DNA of 64,000 bases from Hemiscyllium ocellatum (GCF_020745735.1 NW_026867571.1:1390491-1454490); one strand, 5' to 3'. Shown: positions 26,385 to 40,749, numbered from the stretch's first letter. Made by a program: numbers and translations. The notes: generated from the sequence alone by a model not told the origin.

Positions 26385-26735
26385 TACAGTGTGCACTGGA
26401 GGGTTCACTCTGGCACGTTCCGACATTGCAAGTTTTGCACCATGGTGGTCTGCTCCCTGATGCTCCCAGCGGCCATATAACACGCAGTGCACGAAGAATA
26501 TTTTGATGTGGCTGGTTGGCAGTGGGGAGCTATGAGGTCGAACGTGTTTTGAATCGTTTATCTAAGGGATGGCTTTCATCCAGGAGAACATTCTTGCTTT
26601 ATATGCGGATACCCGAAGACGATGGGAACGGCTGACTGTTTCTGGACAAAGAGGCTGTGGCAGCGAAGAGGACAGTGGGTATTCAGTAACATGATGCACT
26701 GTGCAAGGTTACGCTGCAACAGTAATGAGCAGACA
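26385..26735 (-). mobile_element. PIF/Harbinger transposase remnant (copy 2)
   Basis: CIMLLNTHCPLRCHSLFVQKQSAVPIVF; nucleotide similarity to ~46665-47010. Confidence 0.6.
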
Positions 26736-26984
26736 AAGGGTCCAATCGCAAGAATTAGAACATAAAATAAACGCATTGCCAGATCTACCGACATGGTTAG
26801 TTATATCGTGTTATCAATTCATCTCATACAACTAGCACAGATACCATAAATTGAGAGGAGACATCTAATCAGCGTAGAACATTACGTAGACCAAGCTCTG
26901 CTCTGTCCAACCAAGCAATATGCTCAGACTGTGCAGACAACACCAGGGCATAGTTCTCCCAACTCGATCTAGATATCAGTCCAG

Positions 26985-27111
26985 GAGAAAGTGAGGACAG
27001 CAGATGCTGGAGATCAGAGCTGAAAATGTGTTGCTGGAAAAGCGCGGCAGGTCAGGCAGCATCCAAGCAACAGGAGAATCGACGGTTCGGGCATAAACCC
27101 TTCATCAGGAA
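26985..27111 (-). mobile_element. 127-bp Penelope-derived hammerhead element with 14-bp TSD
   Basis: Flanked by AGATATCAGTCCAG at 26971-26984 and 27112-27125. Minus strand reads CTGATGA-agggtttatgccc-GAAC. Confidence 0.85.
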
Positions 27112-27669
27112 AGATATCAGTCCAGCACGGGGCATTATGCATACACAGCAATATGTTCATTTAGCTGGACGACATATCTGTCCAGCACCGGGAGCAGTGC
27201 AGACCACAACGGTACAATTGTATCTAGGCCGCTGTGAGTGAATAACTTTAGAGATGAATTTTATTGTATTTTCCCTACCTTTGAATGTATTTTGATCTAC
27301 TCTTCCAAATTATGTTGAAAATGCATTGTAAAGTCCTGAACCAGACACACAACCAGCTTACGGGGTAGCAACGGAAGCCCAACTTGGTCTGGGGACTCAG
27401 CTTGGTGTTCGCACAGATTCAGGTGTAAAGACTGTAAGTCGAGTATGTTCCTTTTTATTTATTTTCATTCTTGCACTGGACAATCAGTTAGTATTCTTCC
27501 AAATGAGTGCTAAATGTTTAAGTACCTGTAACGAGGAATGCAATCTTTACAGTGTGGAAATAGACGCTTCAGCTCAACAAGTTCACACCGACTTCCAAAA
27601 TTACCCTCCCAGTAATTCTATTAGTTTTAAAATATTTCTGGAAAACGAAAGACCTGGTCAACGTTTCTT

Positions 27670-30600
27670 TCCTTGTGCATCAGAGGCTGAGCAGTGACCT
27701 TTTAGAGGCTTACAAAATCAAGAGAGGCATGGATAGGATGAATAGCAAAGGTCTGTTCCCCAGTTTAGAGGTGTCCAAAACCAGTGAGTATAGCATTAAT
27801 GTGAGAGAGAAAGCATTTAACAGAGATCTAAGATGCAGCTTTCGATCAAAGAGTGTAGTGTGCATTTGTAACGAACTGTCAAATAAAGTGGAGGAGGCAA
27901 GTATGATTACAATTTTTGGCAGACAAATAGATGGCAAAATGAATAGGAAATGTTGAGAGGGGTAAGAGCCAAAGGAAGGTAAATTGGACGAGGTCAGTTT
28001 AGTAAAGCTGGTGAACATGGACAAAGGATCTGTTTGCATATTGCATGACTCTAAGAGTCCATAATTCTAAAAATGCGCATTCAACACCAATTATTCATTG
28101 CACTAAATTCATTTCCATGTCAAACATTCTCTGTGAATATTTTCAATGATCAAGCTCCCTGAACGTGCTTGAATGGAGATATCCTGATATTGATGTCGTC
28201 CTGTAGACAACAGCAGCAGCAGAAGCAGAGCTGGAATCACCATAATCTGTAACTTTTTGACTTGGATAATCCCTCAGTCTACGATTACTGCCAGACCGTT
28301 CGATGGTTCAGTGACGAGTGTCAGTGAGCATGCCAGGGTCAGAATCACGTGTCCCTAAAGCTAATGCCATATCATGAAAACTTCCATGCCTGATGGCTTT
28401 CATTCCAAATAGCAGAACTAACATCTGATAGAAAAGACAAAATGATCTCAAGATCAACAGGTGAGACCTAAACTCAGTAGATCTGCACCATCCAGAGAAT
28501 TGAACAGCTGGAGAAAATAGTTTCACAAACATCCCGGTCCTAAATAATGGACCAGTTCTGCACATTAGTGTAAAGGACAAAGATATAGCATCTGCACAAT
28601 CCTCAGCCAGAAGTGAGAAGTGGATGACCCATGTCATGTTGCTCACAGAAGCACAGATGTCAGTATACAACCAAGTTGATTCACTGCACGTGACATCAAG
28701 ATACCGCGCAACATATTAGGTTTTCCAGACTGGAGGGCCGTGACCAGTGTGTGCCGCAAGGATCGATTCTGTGTCCACGAGTTTTCGTCTTTTATAAAAG
28801 CGATTTGGTTATGAACATCGGAGGTATAGTTAGTAATTTGAAAACAGCACCAAGGTTGGAGACACAGTGGACAGGGAAGAAAGTTACCTCAGCTTACAAC
28901 GTGATCTTGATCAGCTGGGCCAACGGACTGAGGAATGGCAGATGGAGATTAATTTAACTAAGCAAGAGGTGCGGCATTTTGGTAAAACTTTCTTAGCAGG
29001 ACTTCTACATTTATTATCCGGTATCAAATCGGTAGTAGGGATATTCCATGTAACTACAGACCAGCAATCCTGTTGTTAATTTTGCGAAGATTGCTGAAGA
29101 AGGTACTGAGGGATAAAATCTATTTATGTTTGGAAAAGAATGACCTTATCAGTGATAGGCAACACGGTTTTGTGCAGAGCAGGTCGTGCCTTACCAACTT
29201 AATGGAGTTCTTTGAGGAAGAGACCAAGTTGATGGAAGGGCTGTAGATGACATATACACGGACCTTTGTCAGCATTTGATAAGGTTCCCCATGGTAAACT
29301 CATAGATAAAGTGAATTCACATGGTGTGCAGAATGTTATCGCTGAGTGAATAAAGAACTGGTTGAGCAACAGTACAGAGGGAATAGTAAGTTATGTGAAT
29401 TTTAATTCTGGAGAGGACTAAACTCTAAACACAACCGTTGATGAGCAGAAGATCTGAGATTTCAGGTCCGTTGTACCCTGAAGGTGGTTGCAAAGGTGGA
29501 TAGAGTGATCGAAAAACCATATGGTATGCTTGCTATAATTGGACTGTGTATTGGGTTTAAGAACTGGCAGTTGATGTATAAATTGTACAAGATTTTGTAT
29601 CAGCCGCTTTTGTAAATGCACTTCTGGTCGCCACATTACAGAAAGAATGTGGAAGCTTTGGAGAGTGTGCAGAGAAGGTTTACGAGGATGCTGCCTGGTA
29701 TGGAAGGTGTGAGCTATGAAGACTGGTTGAGTAGGTTGGAATTGTTTTCATCAGAAGAAAGGAGATTGAGGGGTGACATGATTGAGGTTTACAAAACATG
29801 AAGGGTTTAGAGATAGAGATAAGTTTAGCTTTACCCCAGGGCGAGGGATTCAATAACGATAGATCACATATTCAAGGCGAGAGATGAAAAGTTTAATGGG
29901 GGATACACACAAAACGTAATTTATGCCGATAGTGGCAGGTGCATGGAAATTGTTGACAGCAAAGGTAATAAAGGCAGACACGGTCAATTCATTTAAGATG
30001 TGTCTGGACAGCTGCATGAGTAGGTGGGGAGCAGAGGAATAGAGATGCTTAGGAATTGAGCTTGAGCGTTTAGGTGAATCGGCTGAGGCTTGCAGGGTCG
30101 ACGGACTGTTCTCGAGCAGTAAATATTCTTTGTTCTTTGTGTTTTTACATTATAAGATACTTGGGAGTGTTGTTGAACAAAGAGAGCTTGGAGTGCAGGT
30201 TCATAACTCAGTGAAAGTAGTCACGCAGCTAGATAGTTTAATGAAGAAGGTGTTTGGTATGCTTTCTATTTTTGGTCACGGCATTGAGTGTTGTAGTTGG
30301 GAGGTCGTGTTGTGGCTGTACAGGATTTTGGGTCGGACAAGTTTGGAATATTACATACAATTCTGGTATGCTTCCTATCGGAAGGATGTTGTGACCTTGA
30401 AAGTGTTCACAAAATATTTACAACGATATGGCCTGGGTTGGAGTATTTCAGCCACCGGGAGAGGCAGAAAAAGCTTGGATTATTTTCCCTGGAGGGTCGA
30501 AGGCTGAGAGGTGACCAAATAGAGGTTTATAAAAGCATCATGGACAGGGTAAAGAGACAAAGTATCTTTCATGAAATGGGATAGTGCAGAACAAGAAGAC

Positions 30601-31145
30601 ATAGGTTGAGTGTGGGGGAAAGATAGGAAAGGGACCTAAGGGGCAACTTTCTTGATGCAGAGGGTGGGTCGTGTGTGGAATATGCTGTCAAAGGAAGTGG
30701 CGGAGGCATGCAAAATTGCAAAATTTCAAAGGAGTCCAGATGAGTATACGACTAAGAAGGGGCAGCAGAGTGGCTCAGTCGTTAGCACCGCAGCCTCACA
30801 GCACCAGGGCCCCAGGTTTGATTTCAGCCTCACGCGATTGTCTGTGTCTGCATGGGTTTCCTCTCACAGTCCAAAGATATGCAGGTTAGGTGAATTGGCC
30901 ATGCCAATTTGTTCATAGTTTTATTTGCATTAGTCAGAGGAGTCTGGGTTACTCTTCGGATGGTTGGCTTCGACTGGTTGGGCCGAAGGACCTGCAGGGA
31001 ATGTAAAAAAGAAAGGGTTTCGAGAATTATCGATTAAGGGCTGTGAATTGGGAGTAAATTAGGTTGAGATATCTCGTCAGCATGGCTGGGTTGGACTGAA
31101 GTGTCTGTTTCCGTGCTGCAATCTCCATGCTTCTGTGACTCTGTA
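27670..31145 (+). mobile_element. Cluster of CR1 LINE 3' fragments
   Basis: Repeated LRGD.IEVYK, FWSPHYRKNVEALESVQRRFTRMLPG and LQRDLDQLG motifs with CR1 tails; interspersed with other repeats. Confidence 0.8.
30759..31005 (+). mobile_element. HE1-type SINE inserted in a CR1
   Basis: GTGGCTCAGTCGTTAGCACCGCAGCCTCACAGC head and GGTTAGGTGAATTGGCCATG core. Confidence 0.8.
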
Positions 31146-31489
31146 CGACAAGGATAATGCTCCATGACACCATTCCTGTAAAAGGATGAAGGCTTGTGAT
31201 GGACAATAATTCGTGTCCCTAGCGAAGCTGTTTCACTCTAACTCCAACTCTGACATCTCCCTGGCATGGGAAATAGAGTATCGAAAGTTTCAGCGCAGTA
31301 GAAACTCTTCAGCCCTCGATTTGGCGCCGACTTGTGAAATTAATCTGATGCCCATCTAACCTGCACCATTACCATCATTGTCCAAACCTGTGTCTAATGC
31401 ACATTTAAATGCCCTCAACTTCGGCGAGTTTACTGGTGCAGAAGACATGTCCCTACTTCTCTCTGAATGAAGAAACGACCGCTGATATC

Positions 31490-34400
31490 CTTGCGGCACA
31501 CCACTGATAACTGAGCTCCAGGATGAGCATTTCGCATCAACTTCGTTCAGCGAACCAATTTCTGATCCAAGCCGCTAAATCACCTTCAATCCAGAAACTC
31601 CAAAATATTTTTCAATAGCCTACCATGTGGAACCTTAACAAACGCCTTACTGAAGCCGACATACAAAACATCAACTGCCTTACCTTCATTCACCTGTTTT
31701 GTTACTTTCTCGAAGAATTCAGTAAGATTAGTGAGGCTAGATATACTCTTTACAAAACCGTGTTGACTAAGCCGAATCAAATTATTCCTTTCCAGATGAT
31801 TATAAATCTTATCTCATACAAGCTTTTCCCACATCTTACGCACAACCAAAGTAAGGCTCACTGGCCTATATTTACCAGGCATTATCTGACTCCCCTTCTT
31901 AAACAAAGGAACAAAATTTGCTCTCCTCCGGTATTCATGCACGATTCCTGTCGACAATGACAACATTACGATTAAAGCTAAAGTCTGCGCAATCTCCTCC
32001 TTGGCTTGCCAGCGAATCCGAGTAAACACCTCTCAGGAAAGGAAGTCGTTTTCCAGACACGGAGCCATCGTTTACTAAATAGGTTAAAGCTCCTGTCAAA
32101 AGGAAGACGAAGGGTAAATCCTATCCGGCTCTAGGGTCTTATCTATATTCAGATTTTCTAGAATTGTAATATCTCTTCTTTGTTAACCACAGTCCGATCT
32201 CATCTTGAAGCCTACATCTCCGTATTATCATCAACATTGAATTATTCCAGTGAGAATACTGAAGAAAATATTAATTAAGAGCTGCCCCTCTGTAATCAGA
32301 TATCACACAGAAACTTTCCACTACGACCACTTGATTGGCCCTATTCTTACTGTCGACATTCTTTTATTCCTGATATGCTATAGGAGGCGTTAGGGTTTTT
32401 CTTGATTCTATCCGCAGATAAATTCTTATTTTCTTTTCTGGCTCTTCTTATCTCTATCTTCAGATCTTTTCTGGCGAACATAGAACTTTCAAGCCCCCTA
32501 TTTGAGCCTTCATGCCTCATCCTCACATAAGCCTTCGTCTTCCTCTTGACAAGAGCTTCAACCTCTTTAGTAAACCATGGCTCCGTGTCTGTGAAACTAT
32601 TTCACTTCCTGAGAGGTGTATACTTATCGAGGAACAGCGGTAACTATTCCTTCCATAAGCTCCACTTATCAATTGTGTCCAACTCCTGCAATATCCTTCC
32701 CTTTCTTCCATATCCTTTTGCACAGTAAATACTGATGTAAAATACTCATTTAGTATCGCCCCCAATTTTCTGTGCCTCCAAGAAAAACCGCCTTGCTGAT
32801 CTTTGAGAGGCCCTATTCTCTCCATAGTTATCCATTTGTCCTTAATATATTTCTAAAAACAGTTGGATTCTCCTTAATTCTATTTGCCAAAGCTATCTCA
32901 TGTCCCCTTTTTGCCCCCCCGATTTCCCTCTTAATTGTACTCCTACTTCCTTTCTTCTCGTCTCAGGATTCATTCGATCTATCCTTTCGATATCTTACAT
33001 ATACATCCTTCTTTTTCATAACCGAACCCTCAATTTCTTTCACCATCCAGCATTCCCTATACCTACCAGTCTTTCCTTTCACCCTGACAGGAATATACTT
33101 TCTCTGGATTCTTGTTATCTCATCTCTGAAGGCTTCCCATTTTCCAAACGTCCCTTTGCCTGCGAACATCTGCCTCCAATTAGCTTTCAAAAGTTCTTGC
33201 CTGATACCGTCAAACTTTGCCTTTCTCCAATTTAGAACTTCAACCTTTATTTCTGGTCTATCCTTTTCCATCACTATTTTAAAACCATAGAATTATGGTC
33301 GCTGGCACCAAAGTGCTCCCCCACTGACACCTCAGTCAACTGCCCTGCCTTATTTCCCAAGAGTAGGTCAAGTCTTGCACCTTCCCTAGTAGGTACATCC
33401 ACATACTGAATCAGACAATTGTCTTGTACGCACATAACAAATCCCTCTCCATCCACACCCTTAACGCTATGGCAGTCCCAGTCTATGTTCGGTAAGTTAA
33501 AAATCCCCTACTATAACCACCCTATTATCCTTACAGATAATTGTGTACTCCTTAAAGGTTGCTTCTCAATTTCCCGCTCACTATTAGGGGGTCTATAATA
33601 CAATTCCAATAATGTGATCATCCCTTTCTTATTTCTCATTTCCACCCAACTAACTTCCCTGGATGTGTATCGGGGAATATCCTCCCTCAACATAGCTGTA
33701 ATACTATTGCATATCAAAAATGCTACTGCCCCTCCTGTCTTGCCTCCCTTTCCATCCTTCCTGTAGCATTTGTATCCTGGAACATTAAGCTTCCAGTCCT
33801 GCCCATCCCTGATCCATGTTTCTGTAATTACTATGATATCCCTGTCCCATGTTCCTAACTATGCCCTGAGTTCATCTGCTTTCCCTGTTAGGCCCCTTGC
33901 ATTGAAATAAATGCAGTTTATGTCCCTGCCTGCTGCCCTGACAGTTTGACTCACTTCTGTTCTCAGTTGTACCAGTCTCTGATTGATCTCTTTCCTCACT
34001 ATCTCCCTGGGTCGCACCTCCACCAACCTTAATAGTTTAAATCCTCCCGATCAGTCTGCTCACATTGAACAAAAACTGACCCATCTAAACTACTTGAACT
34101 ATAGTATTTCTGGTACGTATTGGCGATGTTAATGTCCTCCAAATGACCCATCTTGTTATTCTCACTCCTATCAAGAAGCATCTTTGCTATCCTCTCGTAT
34201 GTGTCCCTGGAACAATTCAGAGTACTCGAGAAAACTACCAACAGGGTGACCCCTAATTTCCTGTTTCTAACCTCAGCGCAATCTACCTCAGTGCATGAGT
34301 GCTCAAACCTTATCTCAGCTTTTATAATAATGGCTCGCCATACGCTTTTACCATCTTCTCTCTTCTTGTGAAACCTCTAAATCCGAAATCTGCAATAACC

Positions 34401-35512
34401 ATTACTGCCCCTCCTCCTATCCATGTCCCTGAAATGGCTGTAGCATCGAAATACCAGATACCAATCTATGCTGCAAGTTCACCCACCTTATTGTGGATGT
34501 TCCTGGCATTGGAGTACGTACATTTCAAACAATATCCTGCCTGCCAGTGACCTGCCTTAACCTTGGAAACCTATCCCTGACCTCATTACCCTCAACCACC
34601 TGACACTGGAGCAACAATTCTGGTTCCCATTCCCTGCTGCATTCGTTTAAATCCCACTACCACGAAAAGCATAGGATATACCCCTTTGGTTCAGGTGAAG
34701 ACTTTTCTGGTGGATAGCTCCCACCTTCTGTAGAAAGTGCTCCAATTACCCAATAATTCAAAATCCTCCCTCTTGCACCATGCCAGCAGCCACGTGCACG
34801 ACTCCGCTCACTCCCTGTTCTTCGCTTAACTAGCACATGGCAAGGACAACAAACCTGAGACAACAACTCTGTATGTTCAAACTCTAAGAATCTACCATAA
34901 GTCCCTAACTTTCTACCTTTCTCCCCCACCTTTCTTCCAACCTTTATCATTGTTGCTTATGTGGACTAAGAGCTGGAGCTACTCCCGTTCCCACCTCAGT
35001 GATTGCAAAAACAAAATCAGATACATTACGAACCCTAGCACTTGGGAGACAACGCAGCAATCGTGAGCCTTCCTCGTTCCTACAAATCTTTCTAGCTGCC
35101 CCCTCCCAACTATGGAGTCTACAATGACAAAAGCTCTGTTAATTTTGGCCATTCCCCTGTGAACAACAGGGACAGAGCCTTGCCAGAGCCCTGTGCCACA
35201 TTGTTTACTCCTGATTGCTCCTACCCACAACAGTGTCCAAAATTGGAGAAATGGTATAATTGTTATTGAGGGGAGTCACGACAGGAGATACCTGCACAGC
35301 TTGCTGCTTCCATTTTCTTCCCCGGACGGTAAGCCATCTATGTTGTTCACGTGGCTGTGGAGTAACTGCCCATTTGTAACTGCTCTCAATTTCCTCCTCC
35401 ACCTCCGGATAAATCAGTAGTCCATCAACCTCCAGCTCCAGTTCCCTAACACAGTTCTCAAGGAGTTGGAATTGGTGCACTTCACACATATGACAATGTG
35501 GAAAACCGCCCA
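31490..35512 (-). mobile_element. Nested CR1 LINEs spanning ORF1, endonuclease and the start of RT
   Basis: ORF1: QLLENCVRELELEVD and RAFVIVDSIV (SGNH-esterase-like). EN: YYRPPNS, PTREGARLDLLLGN, GEHFGASDHNS. RT: YRPVSLT, SQHGF, FSKAF.KVPH. A second copy (~32690-34050) sits inside the first. Confidence 0.88.
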
Positions 35513-38500
35513 TCTATTTCTAGTCCCCACAAAGAAAAATAATTACGATCTGACCAACTACCATATGCTCAATCCCACCACGGTAGTCAAATAGATGTGG
35601 GTTCCTTTTGGCAGAGGTGTCAAGTAGCACAGAAAGAACATGCTTGTTGTGCTTCCTGATCAGCTCCTGTGTAAAGATGGCGCTGTTGTGTAATTTTCAT
35701 TGGATGATTAATCCGGACCACTCTAATGCTCTGGAATCATGTGGAAGTTACAAACAATTGGAAAATATCGAAATGTATAATCTAATGTCAGTAATAGTGG
35801 CCTTGAAACAATATCGATTCTAAACACCAATTCGTTTCATTCATGCACTTTCAGGAAGCAAATCTCTCGTGTTGTTGTGGTCTGGCCTGAAAATGGACCC
35901 AAGTACACAGACTTTTGAAAAACTCTTCAATGGTCTTTGAATCCAGACACTCAATTATTTCAAACTGCTCTGAGGTCTTAAAGGACACAACCAGACAGAA
36001 TCCCTGGCAACAGCCTCGGTATTAGAAAAGGGAACGGCAAACACCTGTCGACCCAGCAGAGGCCTTGTTCACAACACCTGACAGTAGATGACAACATTTA
36101 CAGAGCTTTCTCACAGACTGCACAGAAACATCAGGAAATGAGTAGGTCATTCAACCGTTTGAGCCTTCCCAATTTCAGTTCGTGGCCGAATATCTCTTCA
36201 ACGTGCTTCCCCCGACAATGTATATCTTCATTAATGTGATTAATCATCGAAGAAAATATGGAATAGAAACAGTAGGAATTAGTTCTGTCCTTTGATTTTG
36301 CTCCCGCTTTCAACATACAGTTAGTTCTCATAAAAAGCACGTTTATAAAACATGATTTGCCTTAACGTGATTAGTAAATTGCGCACTTATGTTTTATAAG
36401 CCAACCTCTCCGTGCCCAAGAACGTGATTCCTTCCACACACCAGCTAAACAGGAAATCCCACCCTCAGGATCCTCTGTCTGCAAAGTGCACACTTAGTGT
36501 GTTCATCTAAAACAGGAATGCAATCAGCACTGCATGCCTTGAGACTGAGCTTGAAACTGGGATTTGCAGTTTACACTCAGAAGGAACTTCATTTCAAGAC
36601 AGGTAGAAAATCTGTGGGAGAAAGGAATCCCGCATCGGCATCACATAGTCAGTTGGCTATTGTGCTTTCTTGTGAAGAGCTTCGTGAACTGTTCAGTGCC
36701 ATAGTCCGTGATTGTCATGTTGAAGTGTCATCTTTAATCTTTTATTTCATTTCAATATATGATTTAAAGATTTACCTAGAATATACTATTGTATTTGTTT
36801 GACCTTAACGATTTCTTTATGCTTCGGCGCGCCTACAAGAGATCAGACTGTTCATCCTTCCCTGCACTTCCTCAATGTCAAGTTTTCCCTTTATTAGGTA
36901 AGGATAACAAAACTGCATAAAATGCCGCACAATGATCTGGATAAGCCCTCATCACGGAAATGTACAGCGGCAGTAATGCATCCTTATTTGTGCAATAAAA
37001 TCTCTATGAAATGAAGTTCTATGCATCATTTATTTTTCCATCTGCTTTCTGCTCCTGCAGTATTGCATTCAATGACGTTTGCACAAGGAGTCCAAATCCT
37101 TTTCAATGTTACAGTTAACCACTTGTTGGGTCAATGTACACTGGTCAATGTGCCAATGCCATTCAATTATTGACTATTGGCTTCAGAACTCGCTGCCATG
37201 CATGGACTTTAGATGTCTTCACAGAAGGAAGTAGCAAAAACAATCATAAGTCCCGACAGAGAGTAACATATGGCAACCATCTATTTTCAAATGCTAGGCT
37301 GCCATTATATTTTTCCCGCCAATGTGCACAACTTCATACCTTCCCACACTGCCCTTCATGTCCCGTATATTTACACACTCCACTTGTCTCAGTCACCATG
37401 GAGCTTTTCTACATCCTCCTCATCCACTCACATTTCGTCATCAGCACACTTGGAAATATTGCATTTGATTCCCTGAAAAAAATGTTTGATGTGTATTGGG
37501 GCAAGTTGCTCCCAATCCCTGATATGTGTTTTATTCCATGAGGGTTCACCTCCAAAAGAAGTATCGCTCTATTCTGATGCTTCCAGTCCAATAGTTCAGT
37601 GCTGGAATCCGTCTGCTCAGCCTTCTGTTCTTTATTTCTTATTTTCTCCACTTTATTTTCTTTTTTCTAACTTACATGCCCTGTAGCTTGTACAGAATCA
37701 GCAGTGGCTACAGAACAATGCACGGACTTCGAGCGAACTCAGCGTTTTGAACTTGACAGGTTTCAACCAATTCCAATGAGTTGACCACAAGTCAGGCCCA
37801 GTACAGAGGAGAGTGGGTCCCTTCTTACTTTGCCAATGAAAACAGGGGACCTGGAATCAGCAGCTCTGCCACTTCAGCAAACTTGACATAGGCGAGATAG
37901 GGCCAACAGCATGTGATGATGCCTGAGGATCGAAGACTTTGTTATTGGTTGTGTTCTGTGCTGGCGGAGCTGGAGCGGAGAGTAAGAGGGTATCATGTAA
38001 CATCGACGATGTAGCCAGCAGTAAGAGATATGTCTCTGGCATTGCAGGACTGGCACAGGGCCTAGCGAGGCAGTGATGGAGGGGTATCTACCCAACAGCA
38101 AAGATGACACCTGATGTCCAGCTGCTTCAATGTTGGTAGGGTCCAGTGCAGATTTGGATGAAGCTGTTATAGATGAGTAGGTTTCCATCCATTTTTGATG
38201 GTGATGAATTGGCTCAGGACCCATGGACTTTCCTCAAGCTGTATATTTTTCTTTTTGTTACATTTTCTTAAATGTTTCAAAACTCTGCCATTTTGTGGCA
38301 ACAAGTCAATGCTTTTCACTCTACTTTATTTTGCTTAACCTGTAAAATACACTTGATATTGAAACCAAAGCCAAGATAAAGAACTCCGATTGAATGTTTC
38401 TTATCCTAAAACCATGTCCCTAAATTATCGCCAAAGCCATAACATTTGGTTCTGTACACTAGAGTCTGAACTTTATCAAAAATCTTTCCAAATTTCCAAG

Positions 38501-40344
38501 CATATTGCATTCATTGCTTCTCCATAATGCATCTACCAATCAGTTTCTCAACTGTGTTTCGTATTTCATCAATCTATGTTCACCTTGTCTATGCTCATTA
38601 CTTTAACTCTCAATAGTTTCTCCAAATCCTTGCTTTTAATAATTGCATTCTGCTCCCTTCTGTGCACCAGACTGGGGTTTCCAAGTCTTACTGAAAATAG
38701 ATTTTTTAAAAAATGTTTTCTTCTGTGAAGAAAGAATTGTGGTAATTGCCTCAAATGTCTGTAATTTCCCTGTTCTCCACTCTGTTTTCTCTCTTTCAGA
38801 CTGTGCAGAATTTGCAGTTGTTATGTCTTACCTTTCCCAATGATATACTATGGGATGCTATTGCAGTTTATTCTCATAACCCTTGTTAATATACTTTTCA
38901 GAAAGCCAGTAGTCCCTGTCATAAGCTGTCCAAGTATTGACCTTGCACAATTCTACATTCACAGAAGCTTAGACCCTGTACCGTTAGAAATACAGCACAG
39001 TGTACATTCGTCCCAATTTCCTCCATGTGGCCTATAGCCAAACGTGTTATGCCACTTCAAGTGCTTATTCAAGTAAAATGTAACGGTTGTGAGATTACCC
39101 ATGAAACATTCCCTCTCAGAAAGTAAAATTAACACCCTCTGGGTGAAAGGAAATGCTCAAATCATCTCTAAACCTGAAAACATTCATTTCAAAAATGTGC
39201 TTCCTTGCTCTTGGCTCTTTGACTTTCCATCCACCCCATCATGCTCCTCGTAATTCAATACTGCCGAATTAAGTCTTCAGCCGACTTCTGTCCTCCAATC
39301 AAAACAAACCAAGCTTCTCTAACCTCTCTTCATAGCTGATATATTACATCCCAGGGTACATCCTGTTGAATCACCTCTGAACTACGTCCAGTGCAATCAC
39401 ACCTTTCCTGTAATGTGCGCCCAGAACTGCACACAGTGTTGCATCTGTGATCAAGCCAACGTCCTGTATGCCTCTCATCATTTGTGTCTTGATGAATAAA
39501 GTTTATGCTTAAGTTCCTCTTTGACGTTTTAACTGACATATTAAACTATCCGGTCGCTTTCAGAGATCTGTGGCGAACGGCCCTCTGAGCTTCCGAGTGT
39601 GCTCCCATTCATTGAGTACTCCCCTGTCTGGTTCTTTCTTCCGAAGTACACCACCTTATATTTATCAGGTTTACATTCCATATGCCACTGATCTACACAT
39701 CTGACCATTCCATCTATATCTTCCTGCAACTTTGAGTTCGAATCCTACAGTGTGGAAACAGGCCGTTCAGCCCAACAACTCCACACCATCCCTCCAAAGA
39801 CTAGCCCATCCAACCACCATCCTCTACATTTACCCCTCACTCCTGCACCTAACCAACACACCCTGAATCCTTTGGGCAAACGTAGGACTACATTAGCTGT
39901 TCTCCAGTTCGCTAGCATTCCTACCTTTCCTGTGGACAGAATCGACTTGAACATTTCAGACTTGGCGTTTCCTTACTTGCCTCCCACAGCAGCTTGAGAT
40001 GCTACTCAACCGGACCTGGAGATTTGTCCAATTGTATACCATCCAAAGCGTCCAGTTTTTGCTCCCTTCGCATATCAATCTTGTCCAGTTTCTCAGTCTA
40101 TCTTTTGGAATTCTGTACCTGCATCCTTCTTTTCACAATTGAAACAGTTGTGAAGCTCTCATTTAACAATCCATCAATGTTCCCAGAGGTTGTCCCCATT
40201 GATTTCTAATAGATTCTAATATCCTGTTCTGCTTGATGTACATGTAGATTGTCTTGCATTTCTGCGCAACACTGCCTGTTCGCACTTCTGTATGTCTCCC
40301 TGTTAACCAGCAACTCTGTGTGAATTTCGTAAGTCTCAGTGAGA

Positions 40345-40749
40345 TCAGATTATTACAGTGTGGAAATAGACCCTTTGGCCCAACAAATCCACACCAACCC
40401 ACCGAACGCGCAACCCACCCAGATCCATTTCCTTACATTTACCGCTTCACCTAACACTACAGGCAATTTAGCATGGCCAATTCACCTAACCTGCACATTT
40501 TTGGACTGTGGGGGGAAACCGGAACACCCAGAGGAAACCACGTAGACACGGCGAGAATGTGGTAAAAACAGCGACTGGAAATGCAGGAAACCAGATTCTG
40601 GATTAGTGTTGCTAGAAGAGCACAGCAGTTCAGGCAGCATCCAAAGTGCCGCGAAATCAAACTCCAGACAGTCAGTCGCCTGAGGCGGGAAGTGAATCTG
40701 GTTTTTGGCGCTTTGGGACAATAGTGCTAACCACTGTGCCACCGTGCCG
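40345..40749 (-). mobile_element. HE1-type SINE interrupted by a Penelope-derived fragment (~40561-40658)
   Basis: SINE head and core are split by AAAAACAGCGACTGGAAATGCAGGAAACCAGATTCTGG...GGCAGCATCC. Confidence 0.8.
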
